A program made the translations under genes and the position numbers. The notes beneath the pieces were generated by a model, which was not told the origin of the DNA, did not search any database, and was given only the letters and a program-made list of their open reading frames with translations. Positions 12,870 through 27,663 of a DNA stretch of 64,000 nt are shown here, piece by piece. Each line of letters opens with the position of its first letter. Position 1 is the first letter of the stretch. Origin of the DNA: Eledone cirrhosa (lineage: Eukaryota). The stretch spans positions 288,052,001-288,116,000 of the forward strand of contig OZ024743.1 in the NCBI GenBank assembly GCA_964016885.1, written 5' to 3'.

Positions 12870-13690
12870 CAGACTACCACCACCACCACAGCCACCACCA
12901 CCACCATCGAAACCACCACCGAAACCACCACCACCACCACCACCTTAACCACCACCACCACCACCACTACCACCACCACCACCACCACCACCGCCAATAC
13001 CATCACCACCACCATCACCACCACCACTACCACCACCAACACCACCACTACCATAACCATACCACAACCACCACCAACACCACCACCAACACCACCACCA
13101 CAATCACCACCTCCACCACGAACACCACCACCACCGTCACCACCTCCACCACCTCCGCCTCCACCACCAACACCACCACCACCAACACCACCACCAACAC
13201 CACCACCACAACCACCACCTCCACCACGAAAACCACCACCACCACCACCATCACCACCACCACCACTACCACAACCAGCACCACTACCACCACTATACCA
13301 CAACCACCACCTCCACCTCCATCACGAACACCACCACCACCACCGTCCCCACCACCACCACCACCACCACCTCCACCACGAACACCACCACCACCGCTAA
13401 CTCCACCACGAACACCACCATCACCACCACCACCACTACCACAACCAGCACCACTACCACCACTATACCACAACCACCACCTCCACCTCCATCACGAACA
13501 CCACCACCACCGTCACCACCACCACCACACCACCACCTCCACCACGAACACCACCACCACCTCCACCTCCACCACGAACACCACCACCACCACCGTCACC
13601 ACCACCACCACCACCACCATACCACCACCACCAACACCACCACCACCAACAACACCACCAACAACACCACCACCAACACCACAGCCTTGG
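12826..13690. repeat. Degenerate (CAC/ACC)n trinucleotide repeat with an internal duplication
   Basis: Directly visible; 13235-13335 is repeated at about 13410-13510. Confidence 0.9.
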
Positions 13691-14278
13691 CGACCACGAT
13701 TATATTTACGACGGCGACGACGATGCACTATCGCACGCAACCATTATATAGATAATAAGGTGTGTTTCACATGCAGGGCTTCAAAAAATATGTCATTGAT
13801 ACACATTACAAGAAATCAGACGCACGTTATCACACAGTAATAAACACACACACATGTATAGACATACACATCTATACACACATGTATACATACTTACACG
13901 GTCACACAAGCACATATACCGCACACACAATCACATTACAACACACAGACGAATAAGAAAGTCATATCGCCATATCATATTATATGATAACAAAAACGAA
14001 AATAAATATATAAGGAAAAACAAAATAAACAAGAAAATAAGGTAGAACTATTATCTAATGCTCTATCTGGCCGTATGTTTGCCGCCTAATCACTCGCTTG
14101 AGTCCTTCAAAAGTAACAGACCATGACCCAGCAAATCTTTCCTTTCACGTCCATATCGTACCTGGTCACCCCATAATATCTATCTCGTCTCTAAGGATTT
14201 TGTTTCATCTCAGGAGTGATATTTTAAGATTATAGATTACGTGTATATATGAATATATATATATATATATATACATAC

Positions 14279-14355
<77 letters not shown>

Positions 14356-14619
14356 TATATATCATCATCATCTCCGTTTAACGTCCATTTTCCACGCTAG
14401 CATGGGTAGGACGGGTTGTTCTCACACAGACTGATTTTGGATGTTCTTCTTAACGTCAACCACATTTACAGTGTGTGCTGTGCGCTTTTTGTTGTGACGC
14501 CAACACAACCACTTTACAGTGTGGACTGGGTGCTTTTTGTCGTGACGCCAACACAACCACTTTACAGTGTGTGCTGTGCCATTTTGTTTCTGTGTGTGTG
14601 TTGCACACAACACACACAC

Positions 14620-14954
14620 AGAAACAACACACACACAGAAACAAAATGGCGTAGGACAGAACAAAGGAGAGGCACAGAAACAAAGAAAGGAATCCCCAGT
14701 CACTGAAGAGGTCACAGAGTGTGTGACGAAAGGACTATGACTATATATAAACAACTATCTGGTTGTGGAACCAACCAACCAACCAGAAATTTATAAATTT
14801 ATAAATTTGTAAATTTATAAATATATAATAAATTGAAGTGAAAGCAACTGCTGCGTGTGTTTCTTATTGGCAACATGACCCTCCCAAAGTATAACAATAT
14901 CGGTTTCAACACACGATTTCAGATAAAGAATCTTGCTAAACAAATTCAGAAACG

Positions 14955-14958
<4 letters not shown>
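14620..14958 (+). mobile_element. Non-coding hammerhead-bearing PLE-type element (second copy 27170-27630)
   Basis: Near-identical to 27300-27630; ends at (TA)n; hammerhead at 14698-14742. Confidence 0.7.
14698..14742 (+). ncRNA. Minimal type I hammerhead ribozyme
   Basis: AGTCA-CTGAAGA-G-GTCACA-GAGTG-TGTGAC-GAAA-GGAC-TA-TGACT: canonical core, 6-bp stem II, 5-bp stem I. Confidence 0.8.
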
Positions 14959-14988
<30 letters not shown>

Positions 14989-14992
<4 letters not shown>

Positions 14993-15056
14993 AGATTCCG
15001 TTAAGGGTGAAAGCAGCGATTCTTTGCTTAAACTTTAATCTGTTATTTTAATAAAT
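14989..15056 (+). mobile_element. 68-bp Naiad-like pLTR remnant starting at the hammerhead core, within (TA)n
   Basis: CAGAAGATTCCGTTAAGGGTGAAAGCAGCGATTCTTTGCTTAAAC matches 883-945. Confidence 0.8.
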
Positions 15057-15167
15057 TATATATATAAGAAAAATGGAGTGCTGCGTGGTTGCACATGGGT
15101 TACATATGAATAAAATTAGTCCTTCATCAGTGATCTTCCAACCTTCATTGGTATTTCATCGCTTTTC

Positions 15168-16399
15168 AGAGCGACTGAAAAGTTTTGAGCTTCACACAGA
15201 AAACAAATAGATATGCAAATGAAATTTTGTGTGAAATCTGCAACATGTTCTTACATGGTTAGCCAGGCTTCATGGTCTACACACGTTTTCATGTCTTTTC
15301 ACAGATCCTTAAAGGTGATGTGTTCAGGCTTTTTATAGAAAGTGGAGAAACTCGAGTATCAAGCAGTGTTCAAATATCTGCAGTTGAAATGCATGAGACC
15401 AGCTGAGATCCATAAAGACATGCAAGACACATTAGGAGAAGGTGCCCCCTCATATGCCTTGGTCAAACGTTGGGTTAATGAATTCAAGCGTGGCAAGGAA
15501 GGTGTGAAAAATAACCCGAGGTCTGGGAAGCCATCAACAGTGACCACACCAGAGAACATTGATCTTGTCCTTGGGATGGTGATAGAGGATCGACGACTCT
15601 CATCTCCTCAGACAGGAAACCTGTTAGGCATCTCCCAGGAGCGAGTCAATCATATTCTGGCGAACGAGCTTGGTTTCCACGTCTTTTGAGTGAGGAACAA
15701 AAGTGCACTAGTAGCATCATGTCCTCCAACAATTTGGAACTTTTTGAAACTGATCCGGAATATTTCCTGGAACGATTTTAACCATTTACGAGACCTTGAT
15801 CCATCACTACCAATCTAAACTGTGGGAGACACATCCTCATCCCCCCTCAAAGAAGGCCAAAGTCACATCTGCAGGAAAGGTCATGGTTACCATTTTTTAG
15901 GATGCACAAGGAGTGTTGTTGGTGGATTATCTCTAGAAGGGCCACACCATCACTGGATAATAATACGCCAACCTACTTAAACGTCTGAGTGAGAACATCA
16001 AGAGGAGGCCAGGATTGCTGACGAAAGGGGTCTTGCTCCACCATGACAATGTTCCTGTCGACAACTCAGTGGTAGCAAAGCAGCAATCCATTACTGTGGG
16101 TTCCAACTCGTCCCTCATCCATCATACATGCCAGACCTCACACCCTCCGACATCCACCTGTTCACAAACATGAAAAAAGGATATGGCCGGACAACACCAT
16201 GCTACAGATGATGACATCACAGATACTGTGGACACCTACCAGGAGTACCAAACTAAGGATTTCTACTTCAGACGCTTCAGCACAAGTGGAAGAAGTGTGT
16301 GGATTCAAAAGGAGACTATATTGAAAAATAAAACAGATTAATATTTGTATATGCTACCGTTTCTTAGAGGCTCAAAACGTTTCAGTTGACCCTCGTGTA
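15168..16399 (+). mobile_element. Degenerate mariner DNA transposon with transposase pseudogene (about 15342-16331)
   Basis: HTH region MEKLEYQAVFKYL...APSYALVKRWVNEFKRG...PRSGKP; downstream AGKVM, LLHHDN and PDLTPSDIHLF-like motifs across stops and frameshifts; TIRs ACTGAAAAGTTTTGAGC / GCTCAAAACGTTTCAGT. Confidence 0.85.
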
Positions 16400-16434
16400 T
16401 CCACCCCCTCCTCTCTCTCTCTCACTCTTTTTTC

Positions 16435-16533
<99 letters not shown>

Positions 16534-16632
16534 TGAGACAGTAAACAGAAAACAAAAAAACAACGTGGAAGCGAAGAGGCAGTACAAATGTTAATATTAG
16601 TTTCACGCTTGAGAGTGGGGTGGGTGGGGGAC

Positions 16633-16660
16633 GACGTTTCGGGCATAAGCCCTTCATCAG
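16633..16660 (-). ncRNA. Hammerhead core in a PLE 3' remnant
   Basis: Minus strand CTGATGA-A-GGGC-TTAT-GCCC-GAAACGTC; stem I pairing is not evident. Confidence 0.55.
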
Positions 16661-16879
16661 GAGAAAAGTGGATATATATATATATATAGACATATTGCTC
16701 TACGTTACGGCAACGAAATGTTCAACGAAATATTTTCACCCCAAGGTCCACGTTTCTTGTTCAAGGTGATAAAGTAACGTTGATACAATAAGTTCCCGTC
16801 CAGTTCGGTAGGCGATGGGATCGTCTATTCTCCTCTCCGAAACATTATGGCATTGTTTTGATGCTAAAAATCAAATTAA

Positions 16880-17700
16880 TATTTTACACGGACTACACGG
16901 ACTCACTCTAAAGAACCAATTTCAACATATAAATTATTATAAAGTAAGAGAACCACTGTGTCGAGTAACGCATCCTTCTAACACACATCAACTGCCTATG
17001 GCTCACACATGTAAGCTATCAAATTAGATGCTCCCAACACTCCCTGTTAGATATACAATGATAGTGTTGATATGAGAAATGTTCGTTCTTGAATTTGAGT
17101 TTATACTGGTCTTATGCTTATGTATATTAAAACAATTAATTGCTTAATCAGGAGGAAGTGGTTGCATCTATGGCCTTGGCATGTTTTCCAGGATGGTGAG
17201 ATTGATACAGTTGATATTCATCTGTATAACAGTAAGTTCAATATCTATCTGTAAGTTGAACTTCTATCTGTAAGTTGATATCTCAGGATACTAGCGACGA
17301 AACTCCAGAGGTTTGACAGTATGGGGAAGAAAGAACACAGTATAGTAGTTAAAACAGAGCCAGCAGTCGAGAAAGAGAAGTTGAGAGACAGTTTATTTGA
17401 CAAAGGGAGTAGTGTGCCAGATGGAGTTGGGCTAATTGTACGTGATGTACAACTAACTAGTTGACTAGAGCAGACATTAGTGTAGCAGTGATGTAATGGC
17501 TGCAGAGGAAGAGAGAGATATTTTTTTACTGTCTAGTCAGGGAAGGAATGACATTGTACATGAACACTTTCAGAGCTTCCAATTCAAGTGGAAAGCAAGG
17601 TATACACAAACCAAAGACTTGGCCAGAATGATAGCAAGTAAGTGGGCTCCACTAAAAGCACCCCATCACCCAAAAGTGGTGTTAATTCTGGCAAACGATT
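16880..17700 (-). pseudogene. Highly degenerate LINE (CR1/L2/Jockey-group-like) RT fragment
   Basis: Composition and broken motif remnants only; no clean ORF. Confidence 0.3.
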
Positions 17701-18411
17701 AAGTCTACCAACCAAATAGGTCACAGCGAGATTTGAACTCACATAAAAAAGAGCTGGAACAATTACCGCCAGACATCACATCAGACTCTTTAAAAATTCC
17801 GCGAATCCATCACTCTGGAGAGAAACTCTATTTTCACGACCTGAAATGGTGAAAGGCAAATTGACACCAGACCAGCAATATTTGAACTCAGAGCACAGAG
17901 ATCCGATACAAACACGGCAAGTCCCACGTTGGAACGAACTTCCTTCAATTTATAACAACATGGAATGAGATTTGCGGAGATAAAAAAGGAAAAGTACTTT
18001 TAATATAAAAATACGTAATAACGTCGGGGAGAAAAAATATAACGTGAATAAAAACGAAATATTACAAAAGTGCATCTCCACAAATACTGGTGAACCGACG
18101 CTCTAACGATTCTGCTAGTGTGCAAAATCAGTGTGTGGTTTGATAGAAATTGGCTGGTATTTTTAGTGACCTGGTTTGCTATCGTTGTTGTTGTTGTTAA
18201 TGGTATTGTTGTCAGTTCATCTTAAATGAGAAATCAATGAGTGGGATGTTATTTCAATATGTAGTCACATTCTTTGCTGCCTTAAGATCTTAATTTCATG
18301 CAATATGTCAAAAATGTATGCATAGCATAGGCCATTTGTCACACTGTTTCACCCTAACTTATTATCATTCTTTCTTTCTCTCTCTCCCTCTTTCTCACTC
18401 GCCACGTACTC

Positions 18412-18600
<189 letters not shown>

Positions 18601-18707
18601 ATATATATATATTTATAAATAAGTAAATATATATATATATATATATATATACTTATTTATATATATATATATATATACTTATTTATATATATATATATAT
18701 ATATATT

Positions 18708-18743
<36 letters not shown>

Positions 18744-18779
18744 AATAAGTAAATACATATATATACACACACACACACG

Positions 18780-18897
<118 letters not shown>

Positions 18898-18898
18898 A

Positions 18899-19026
18899 GA
18901 AGGCGCATGGCTTAATGGTTTGAGCATTAGGCTTGCAATCGGGAGGTTGTGAGTTAGATCCTCGGACAGGGTGATGCGTTGTATCATAGAGCAAGCCACT
19001 TTATTTTGCGTTGCTCAAGTTTACTG
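18899..19026 (+). mobile_element. tRNA-derived CORE-type SINE
   Basis: TGGCTTAATGG A-box, GAGTTAGATCC B-box-like, GCGTTGT.TC.T.GAGCAAG.CACTTTA core; related copies at 25121, 59755, 56890 (minus) and 24290 (minus). Confidence 0.7.
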
Positions 19027-19263
19027 GTGCTGCGACGTTCCTGAGGACCGACTCTCATAGAACCAACATCGAATTCGTCCGTCACCTCGTCTATAGCTTA
19101 CATTGTATTAGACATTTTGAAAATCACCCTTATTACCTAAGATGCTATTGGAGGAAGTGGTCTTGGAGGCTGCGTGTTGGTAGCATTACGTAATTATTAA
19201 CACCACAGAAATATGTATTACGGTAAATTATGAATAGCTACATTTAGCCTTCGTAATTACCAT

Positions 19264-19314
<51 letters not shown>

Positions 19315-19318
19315 TATA

Positions 19319-19382
<64 letters not shown>

Positions 19383-19582
19383 ATACAATAACAGAGATAG
19401 TTTAAAGCTAAACTCTGACTGGTAACCATCTCACTCAACAAACATTAGGTTATATTAAAATATAAACCCAATTTAAGTGTTTGGGGTGCTAACAATATGT
19501 ATAATGTGGAGAAACCAGTTGTATTATTTTATGAGATATAATTAAAGTTAAAGTATATCTCTCTTTCCTATATATATATATA

Positions 19583-19777
19583 TAGGAACGAGTAGGACAC
19601 CGACGGCTGAGCTCAAGCCATTTCGACGGCTAATTCTGCACGTCCAGAATTAGCCGTCGAAACAGCTTGAGCTCACCCGTCGTGGTCCTACTCGTTCCTA
19701 TTACTCACTCTACTACCCTAAGTATTGTGTACTTTGGTGCATTATGGTCCATCTGGTTCCTTACCACAGTTTCTTCG

Positions 19778-19780
<3 letters not shown>
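19583..19780. repeat. Palindromic PLE-type remnant in (TA)n (copy of 59325-59523)
   Basis: Inverted arms centred on GACGGCTAATTCTG...CAGAATTAGCCGTC. Confidence 0.75.
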
Positions 19781-19846
<66 letters not shown>

Positions 19847-19854
19847 AACATATA

Positions 19855-19893
<39 letters not shown>

Positions 19894-20007
19894 GTTATTC
19901 CGGGTTGAATCAATGAATGAAACAGTTCTAGTCCTGTAGAATCTCATCTATATTAAAACTATATATATATATATATATATATATTCTATATATATATATA
20001 TACATAC

Positions 20008-20300
20008 ATATTATTCGTATTTTCCGGTTCTTTGCCAGCGAACGTTTCCACGAACCAAAGTATCGTCTTCCTGTCTTCCTCCGGTTGCAACGTTTTTTGA
20101 AATATCCAGTTCTGCGTTTACAGATTGACTTTGTTAGTTTCAGTAGATCCCGTTAAGGGTGAAAGCAGCGATTCTTTGCTTAAACTTTAATCTGTTATTT
20201 TAATAAATATTTGCTCTACGGTTCTTATATATTTGATATATATTTATCCTTATCGAGCCCTCTTTGGATTTTAGTCTTCAAATTTATTATTATTACTATA
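20008..20300 (+). mobile_element. Naiad-like pLTR 3' fragment in (TA)n
   Basis: Matches 750-1040; hammerhead core mutated to CAGTAGA at 20141. Confidence 0.85.
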
Positions 20301-20307
20301 TATATAC

Positions 20308-20340
<33 letters not shown>

Positions 20341-20632
20341 CATATATATATATTTATACACGCATATATATATATATACATATATATATACAAACATATA
20401 TATATATACATATATATATACAAACATATATATATATATCCAAAATTAATTAAATTAAATTAATTTAAGGGAGTCATGTCCGAGACAAACGCCATATTTA
20501 GTTAAAACTTTAATTAGTTACCTACCTAGCTATGTGTGATTACACACTTTACAAATTATCCCCTGTGATTGTTTTATGTGTTTATTTTAAATATATATAT
20601 ATTTCAATCAATTTCTAGTTGATATCTATATA

Positions 20633-20670
<38 letters not shown>

Positions 20671-20783
20671 TAATATATATATATACATATATATATATAT
20701 TTATATATATATATGTATATATTATATATATATGTATATATATATATACACATATTGTGGCACTAACATGTATTCGACACACC

Positions 20784-21551
<768 letters not shown>

Positions 21552-21653
21552 TATATATACATATATATATATATTTATATATATATATGTATATATATGT
21601 ATATAAAGACATTTTATGATATATATATATGTATATATATATACATCCACATA

Positions 21654-21743
<90 letters not shown>

Positions 21744-21774
21744 CACACACATATATATATATATATATACATAC

Positions 21775-21805
<31 letters not shown>

Positions 21806-21806
21806 C

Positions 21807-21855
<49 letters not shown>

Positions 21856-21856
21856 C

Positions 21857-21967
<111 letters not shown>

Positions 21968-22444
21968 CATACATATGTGTGTGTGTGTGTGTGTATGTGT
22001 AATGCCTAACATACATATGATTTATCCATCAAGCCAGCCATTTATTAAGTCATACATAAAACCTTGATTCGTTTATTTGATATTTTCTTTAACTGACATC
22101 CTCTTTCTACTCCCCACTCCCCTTTTTTCACTCTCTAATTCATACCATTCTTCCTCCCCTCGTGCAGTCGTTTCTTCGACTCCTCTCTTGTTTTATGCTA
22201 TGTCCTTTATTCTCAACTCCCCCAACCACCCCTGCTTCTTGCTCTCTTTCTATCACACCCTATTCACGCTTCTGGTCTTATGTTAATCTGGGCAGGATCT
22301 TCAGTTTGTAATGACAATTTTCTTTCAAGATGATAGAGGGTTGTGATGCAGAGGTGTGCGTGTATAGGTGTGTATGCGAGCATGCATGCATGTGTTTGCT
22401 TTTTATCTGTGTTTTTGTGTATGAACGTTTAATATATGTATTTA

Positions 22445-22499
<55 letters not shown>

Positions 22500-22540
22500 G
22501 CACACACAGATATATATATATAAACAGGTAGATACCAGTG

Positions 22541-22613
<73 letters not shown>

Positions 22614-23894
22614 TATATGTGTGTATGTGTGTCTGTGTGTACGTGTGTGTGTGTCTGTGTATGCGTGTGTGTGTGTATGTTTGTGTGTGTGTGTGTGTGT
22701 TACAGAAGGTTGCGTGGTGTGGGTTATTGAATGCTGCGCGGGGGAGAGGTCCTCCCACTAACAGTACACAGATAAGTCTGTGTGGGTCAGTAAGTTACAA
22801 ATGCTGTGGCGTCAGTCGGTTAAAGCACAACAGGGTGCTTGTGCTGGCGACACATATCAGCTTACCCCTATGAGACGGCAGTTTCCTCGTTAGATTTTTA
22901 TTTTATTTTATTTTATTTTATTGGTTGTTTTTTATACAACACCTACCTCTTACCACATACCCTCCATAGGTACAAGCAAATAATAAAAAATAATACATAG
23001 TTAAATAAATAATGAAGTAAATTATAAGTAAATAAAATATATAAAAGATAGACAATACAGAAAATGAAAACAAAAAAATGTTCTTCATATAATATATCAA
23101 AGATGACTTTACGATGTCTCTTTCTAAATTTTCTTATTTATGATTGGGGTTTATTATTGGTCGCGTTTGTTGATATTGTCGTTGAGGTAGTTGTTATTAT
23201 TGTTGTTGGGGTTGCTGTTATTTTGTTTGTTTGTGTTTGGGTATTGTTTTATTGTTCTGGTCGTAAACAGGTTTTTTTATGGTATAAAAATAGATGAAAT
23301 ATTGAGGTGTGACTCAATATTTTAAGATATTGCAGTGGTTTTATTTGTTGTGTAATGCAGTGGAAAAAGACAGAAAACACACACTCACACAGACACAAAC
23401 ATATATACATACACATACACACATATAAATATGTGCCTAAAACTGAAGGACAGATTCATTAGCTTTTAAATTTGATGGCGTTGAGCCTATGAGATAAATC
23501 TCCCATTGGACATGTCGCTGGTGCATATCAACGAAATAATATTACCAGCCGATAGGGTATCTACTGATTCATAGCATAGTTTAACTAGTCTTTTTATTTG
23601 TTAGAGAAGGTTGAAAGTCAGGCAAAACAATTTACAGTATATTCTAGGTTCAAATCCAGCCGAGTCTGATTTTGAATTTTTATCCTTAATGTAAATACTA
23701 AAATATCTATTTTGTGAATATAATAAACAAAGGAAATCATAGATTGTCCAGGGAACAAAATGGTGAATGTTCTTAATCTGAACGACAGCGAGAGAGATGT
23801 GCTGAAAGAACTAGTCTACTTCCAGGGGTTCGTTATTTCGAATGACCATCTCCATCTCGTACTATGATTTGAAGGATTTTAGCAGTTATTTCTA

Positions 23895-24097
23895 GAAAAT
23901 TGGATTGGCAGTATCAGTAGAGAGCCGGACACCATACTTAGCAGCATAGAGTTACGGTCTGCGATCAAATCCTGCCTTTGTATTTCATCCTTACGGGGTC
24001 GATAAAATAAAGTACCAGTACCGTACTGGGAGTCGACTTAATCGATTTTTCCCTCTCTCCAACTTACAGGCCTTGTGCCTATACTAGAAATCATTAT
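23895..24097 (+). mobile_element. Meta-type SINE
   Basis: TTGGCAGTATC head, TTCATCCTTACGGGGTCGATAAAATAAAGTACC core, tail GGCCTTGTGCCTATACTAGAAATCATTAT. Confidence 0.75.
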
Positions 24098-24104
24098 ATT
24101 TGAG

Positions 24105-24141
<37 letters not shown>

Positions 24142-24655
24142 TTGCATTTATAGCCGTTCATCGATGTTACCACGGTTTGGCGGAGAGCTGAAGCTTGCTC
24201 CGGTTACATGTAGTGTTAAGCGACTAAAAGTACAAGGGAGGCCAATCTACCGCAAGAGTAACTCCGAGCTGCTGCTGGTACTCATTTTTAGCTGGGTTAT
24301 TTGGAGCAACGTGAAAGAAAGTGAATTGCTAAATGTCTGAAGAACCCAGCGCACCACACTGTCTAAGAATGGAACGCTTGACATTATGATCATGAGACCA
24401 ACCACCTAACCACTAGGTCACGTACGATCACCGTTTTTGTGATTTACGTTAGATACAAAAGTCTGCCAATTTTCTTGGAAGTTTTGGCATGATGGTTTCT
24501 ATGTAATCATTGCATGCAATGTTACGTCATTTAAAATCTTGATTACGGATTTGATAAAATTAGATTTTCTTCTTTCAATCTCAAAATTTAAAATAATTAT
24601 CTTTCAATTATTGAATTAAATATAGCCGTCACAAAGATTCAGACACAAAGATATA

Positions 24656-24719
<64 letters not shown>

Positions 24720-24906
24720 TTTATGTTTACGCAGTCATCGCAGTAATTTAGGTGCTATTGTAACTACTTCAGTCGATTAGTGATTACTCTGTTTACTCCC
24801 CGTTGAGGATTTGTTCCGTGCTCTCAGCGGGGTCTTTCATTCAAATACTTCTACCATACCCATAGTTCTATAGTATTATGTTTCTGCATACATAATCATA
24901 AGAGTA

Positions 24907-24955
24907 ATTACCTTCTGACGAAGAGGCAAATGTATCCGACATGCATAAAGTTAAT
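24907..24955 (+). ncRNA. Degenerate minimal hammerhead
   Basis: ATTACCTT-CTGACGA-...-GAC-ATGCAT-A-AAGTTAAT: GAAA is mutated to GACA; palindromic stem III ATGCAT; stem I 7/8 paired. Confidence 0.45.
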
Positions 24956-25120
24956 GTCTTGTTATTTTCTGTGTATAGAGGAATACTAGAAAGTATTTAC
25001 ACTTCATTCTTTCCACAGGGAAAATGTAATTATATCTACATTAAATTTATAGATATACACGCACATACATACACACAGGCACACACAGACACACAAATAT
25101 ACATATATATATATATACAT

Positions 25121-25238
25121 GAAGGCGTGTGGCTGAGTGGTTAGAGAATTGGATTCGCAATCGTAAGGTTGTGAGTTCGATTCCTGGACCAGGCGATGCG
25201 TTATGTCCTTGAGCAAGACACTTTATTTCACGTTGCTC
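25121..25238 (+). mobile_element. tRNA-derived CORE-type SINE (3' truncated)
   Basis: TGGCTGAGTGG A-box, GTTCGATTCC B-box, TGTCCTTGAGCAAGACACTT core. Confidence 0.8.
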
Positions 25239-25342
25239 CTTCTACCTGGAGTTGCGACCGATAGATAGTAATAGCAATAGGAAAGACCAACGGAAACATT
25301 GTTCCCTCGGTCCGATTTGACGAAAGTTGATCGTTCCTTTTA

Positions 25343-25448
<106 letters not shown>

Positions 25449-25717
25449 CTGTGTGTGTGTATTTGTGTGTGTGTATTGAAGTACAAGCTTGGTATAAATA
25501 TCCAAGGGTTTTGAGCACTCAGTCTGTAGGACGAGTTATGTATAATCAGTTATAACAGTGACATATGTAGGTATTTAACTTTCGTTGGGTTGGTACCCCA
25601 ACTGATTCAGACTGAGTGGGTTGGGTTTACAACTTAACGAAACTTAAGTACCTGCATATATTACTGTTGTTACTGATCATATGTGCGTGTGTGTGTATAT
25701 ATATATATATATATATG

Positions 25718-25813
25718 CAGGTTGTCCCCAAAAATGTGTACACTCGTCAACTGCATTCTAATAAATATTGCCTGTATAAATAATGAAAGTGTGAATTCGT
25801 TTTTTGGACCACC

Positions 25814-25816
<3 letters not shown>
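25718..25816. mobile_element. Tc1/mariner-type MITE
   Basis: Imperfect TIRs CAGGTTGTCCCCAAAAA / TTTTTGGACCACCCTG within a TA tract. Confidence 0.55.
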
Positions 25817-25863
<47 letters not shown>

Positions 25864-25924
25864 CATATGTGATATTATACTCTGCTCTCTATCAAACGGC
25901 GTACCGCTTTAAGCATCCCACACC

Positions 25925-25996
<72 letters not shown>

Positions 25997-26104
25997 CTAT
26001 ATATATATGGATATATACATACGGTAGGCCGTTTGATACAGAGCAGAGTATAATATCACATATGTGATATATATATGTATATAGCCAAATGAACATATTG
26101 ACAG

Positions 26105-26157
<53 letters not shown>

Positions 26158-27169
26158 TCAATATATTCATTTGGCTATATACACTTTGCAGTGAATGTAG
26201 GCTGTATATACACGTAGAGCCCAATCACACATGATTTGCCGGGGCATTGAAACCCATAAACACATAAACTGAAACACATTGCTACATTGTGCATTGCTGC
26301 AATGGACAAGCTCCGCGAGATTGTCAAACCTACCTGAAATAGCATCGAAATCTACCTCAAATCACATAGAAACTCCATTGAGAAACCGAAATTTAAATAC
26401 ATGGCACCTGGTTGGCTGAAGAATGCACTGAGCGGAAGTATTATAGTGTCATCAAATTGTGTTACGATAGTATGGTCATATGGCACCAGCAGCTCCCTCT
26501 AAATCGAATGAAATACCCCACCGCACCCCGCTTTCTGTCAGTGTATTATAATCATTTATCTATTTTGACACCAGCTTGCACCCCGGAAAAATGAAAGTTG
26601 ACCCCATCAATATCGAACTCATCACCCTCACGTAACGAAACTAATACTGTAACATATACTGTTCTGGTGACTATTAGTGTGTATCTTTGTATGTGTGTAT
26701 GTGTATTTATGTGTGCATGTTCATGTATGTTTTTATGAATGTGTGTGTGTATGCATGTATGTATATATAAATGCATGTATATATGTATATATCTATGTAT
26801 GTATGTATGTATGTATGTTTGTTTGTATGTTTGTTTGTATGTGTTTGCTCTTCTTGTTTTGAGCTTTAGAGTTTATTATGACTGGCAACATCTTCAATAG
26901 CATGGCTCTGAAGACAAGCTATAAAAGGAAAGTTCTTTTACACATCTTTATGTTTTCCAGGTATTTAATTTGTGAGATATGCCCATATTCTGGAATGTAT
27001 TTATTATGGTTCAGTCATAAAAGGGTAAAGATACCCTTGTTAAAAACTTTATATCATGTTATTTTATAAAATATAGACAATAAATTGCCTGGAAGCTTTT
27101 CTTTTTGTTATGATTACTTTTTATAAAAACTAGGGAGGGACTTTACACACACCTTATATATATATATAT

Positions 27170-27630
27170 ATTGTTATGCTTTGGGAGGGTCATGTTGCTA
27201 ATAAGAAACAGACGCACCAGTTGTTTCACTCCAATTTATTATGAATTAAATTTATAAATTTAAGAATTTATAAATTTATAAATTTCCGGTTGGTTGGAAC
27301 ACACACAAAAACAAGATGGCGTAGGACAGAACAAAGGAGAGGCACAAAAACAAAGAAAAGAATCCCCAGTCACTGAAGAGGTCACAGAATGTGTGACGAA
27401 AGAACTTTGACAATATATGAACAACCGTCCGGTTGTGGAACCAACCAACCGGAAATTTAGACATTTATAAATTCTTAAATTTATAAATTTAATTTATAAT
27501 AAATTGGAGTGAAAGCAACTGGTGCGTGTGTTTCTTATTGGCAACATGACCCTCCCAAAGCATAACAATATCGGTTTCAACACAGGTTTTCAGATAAAGA
27601 ATCTTGCTAAACAAATTCAGAAACGAAATA
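27170..27630 (+). mobile_element. Hammerhead-bearing PLE-type element with an inverted 5' duplication
   Basis: 27170-27297 is the reverse complement of about 27440-27570; hammerhead GTCA-CTGAAGA-GGTCACA..TGTGAC-GAAA..TGAC at 27368-27411. Confidence 0.7.
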
Positions 27631-27663
27631 TATCTATATATATATATAATATAATATAATATA

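Noticed and set aside
12669-13400. 243-aa Thr/Pro/His-rich ORF resembling a mucin or extensin
   Set aside because: It derives from a degenerate (CAC)n repeat that is open in several frames on both strands; there is no independent support.
25121-25195. tRNA-like sequence
   Set aside because: The A/B boxes continue into a SINE core and no complete cloverleaf is evident, so this is a SINE head.
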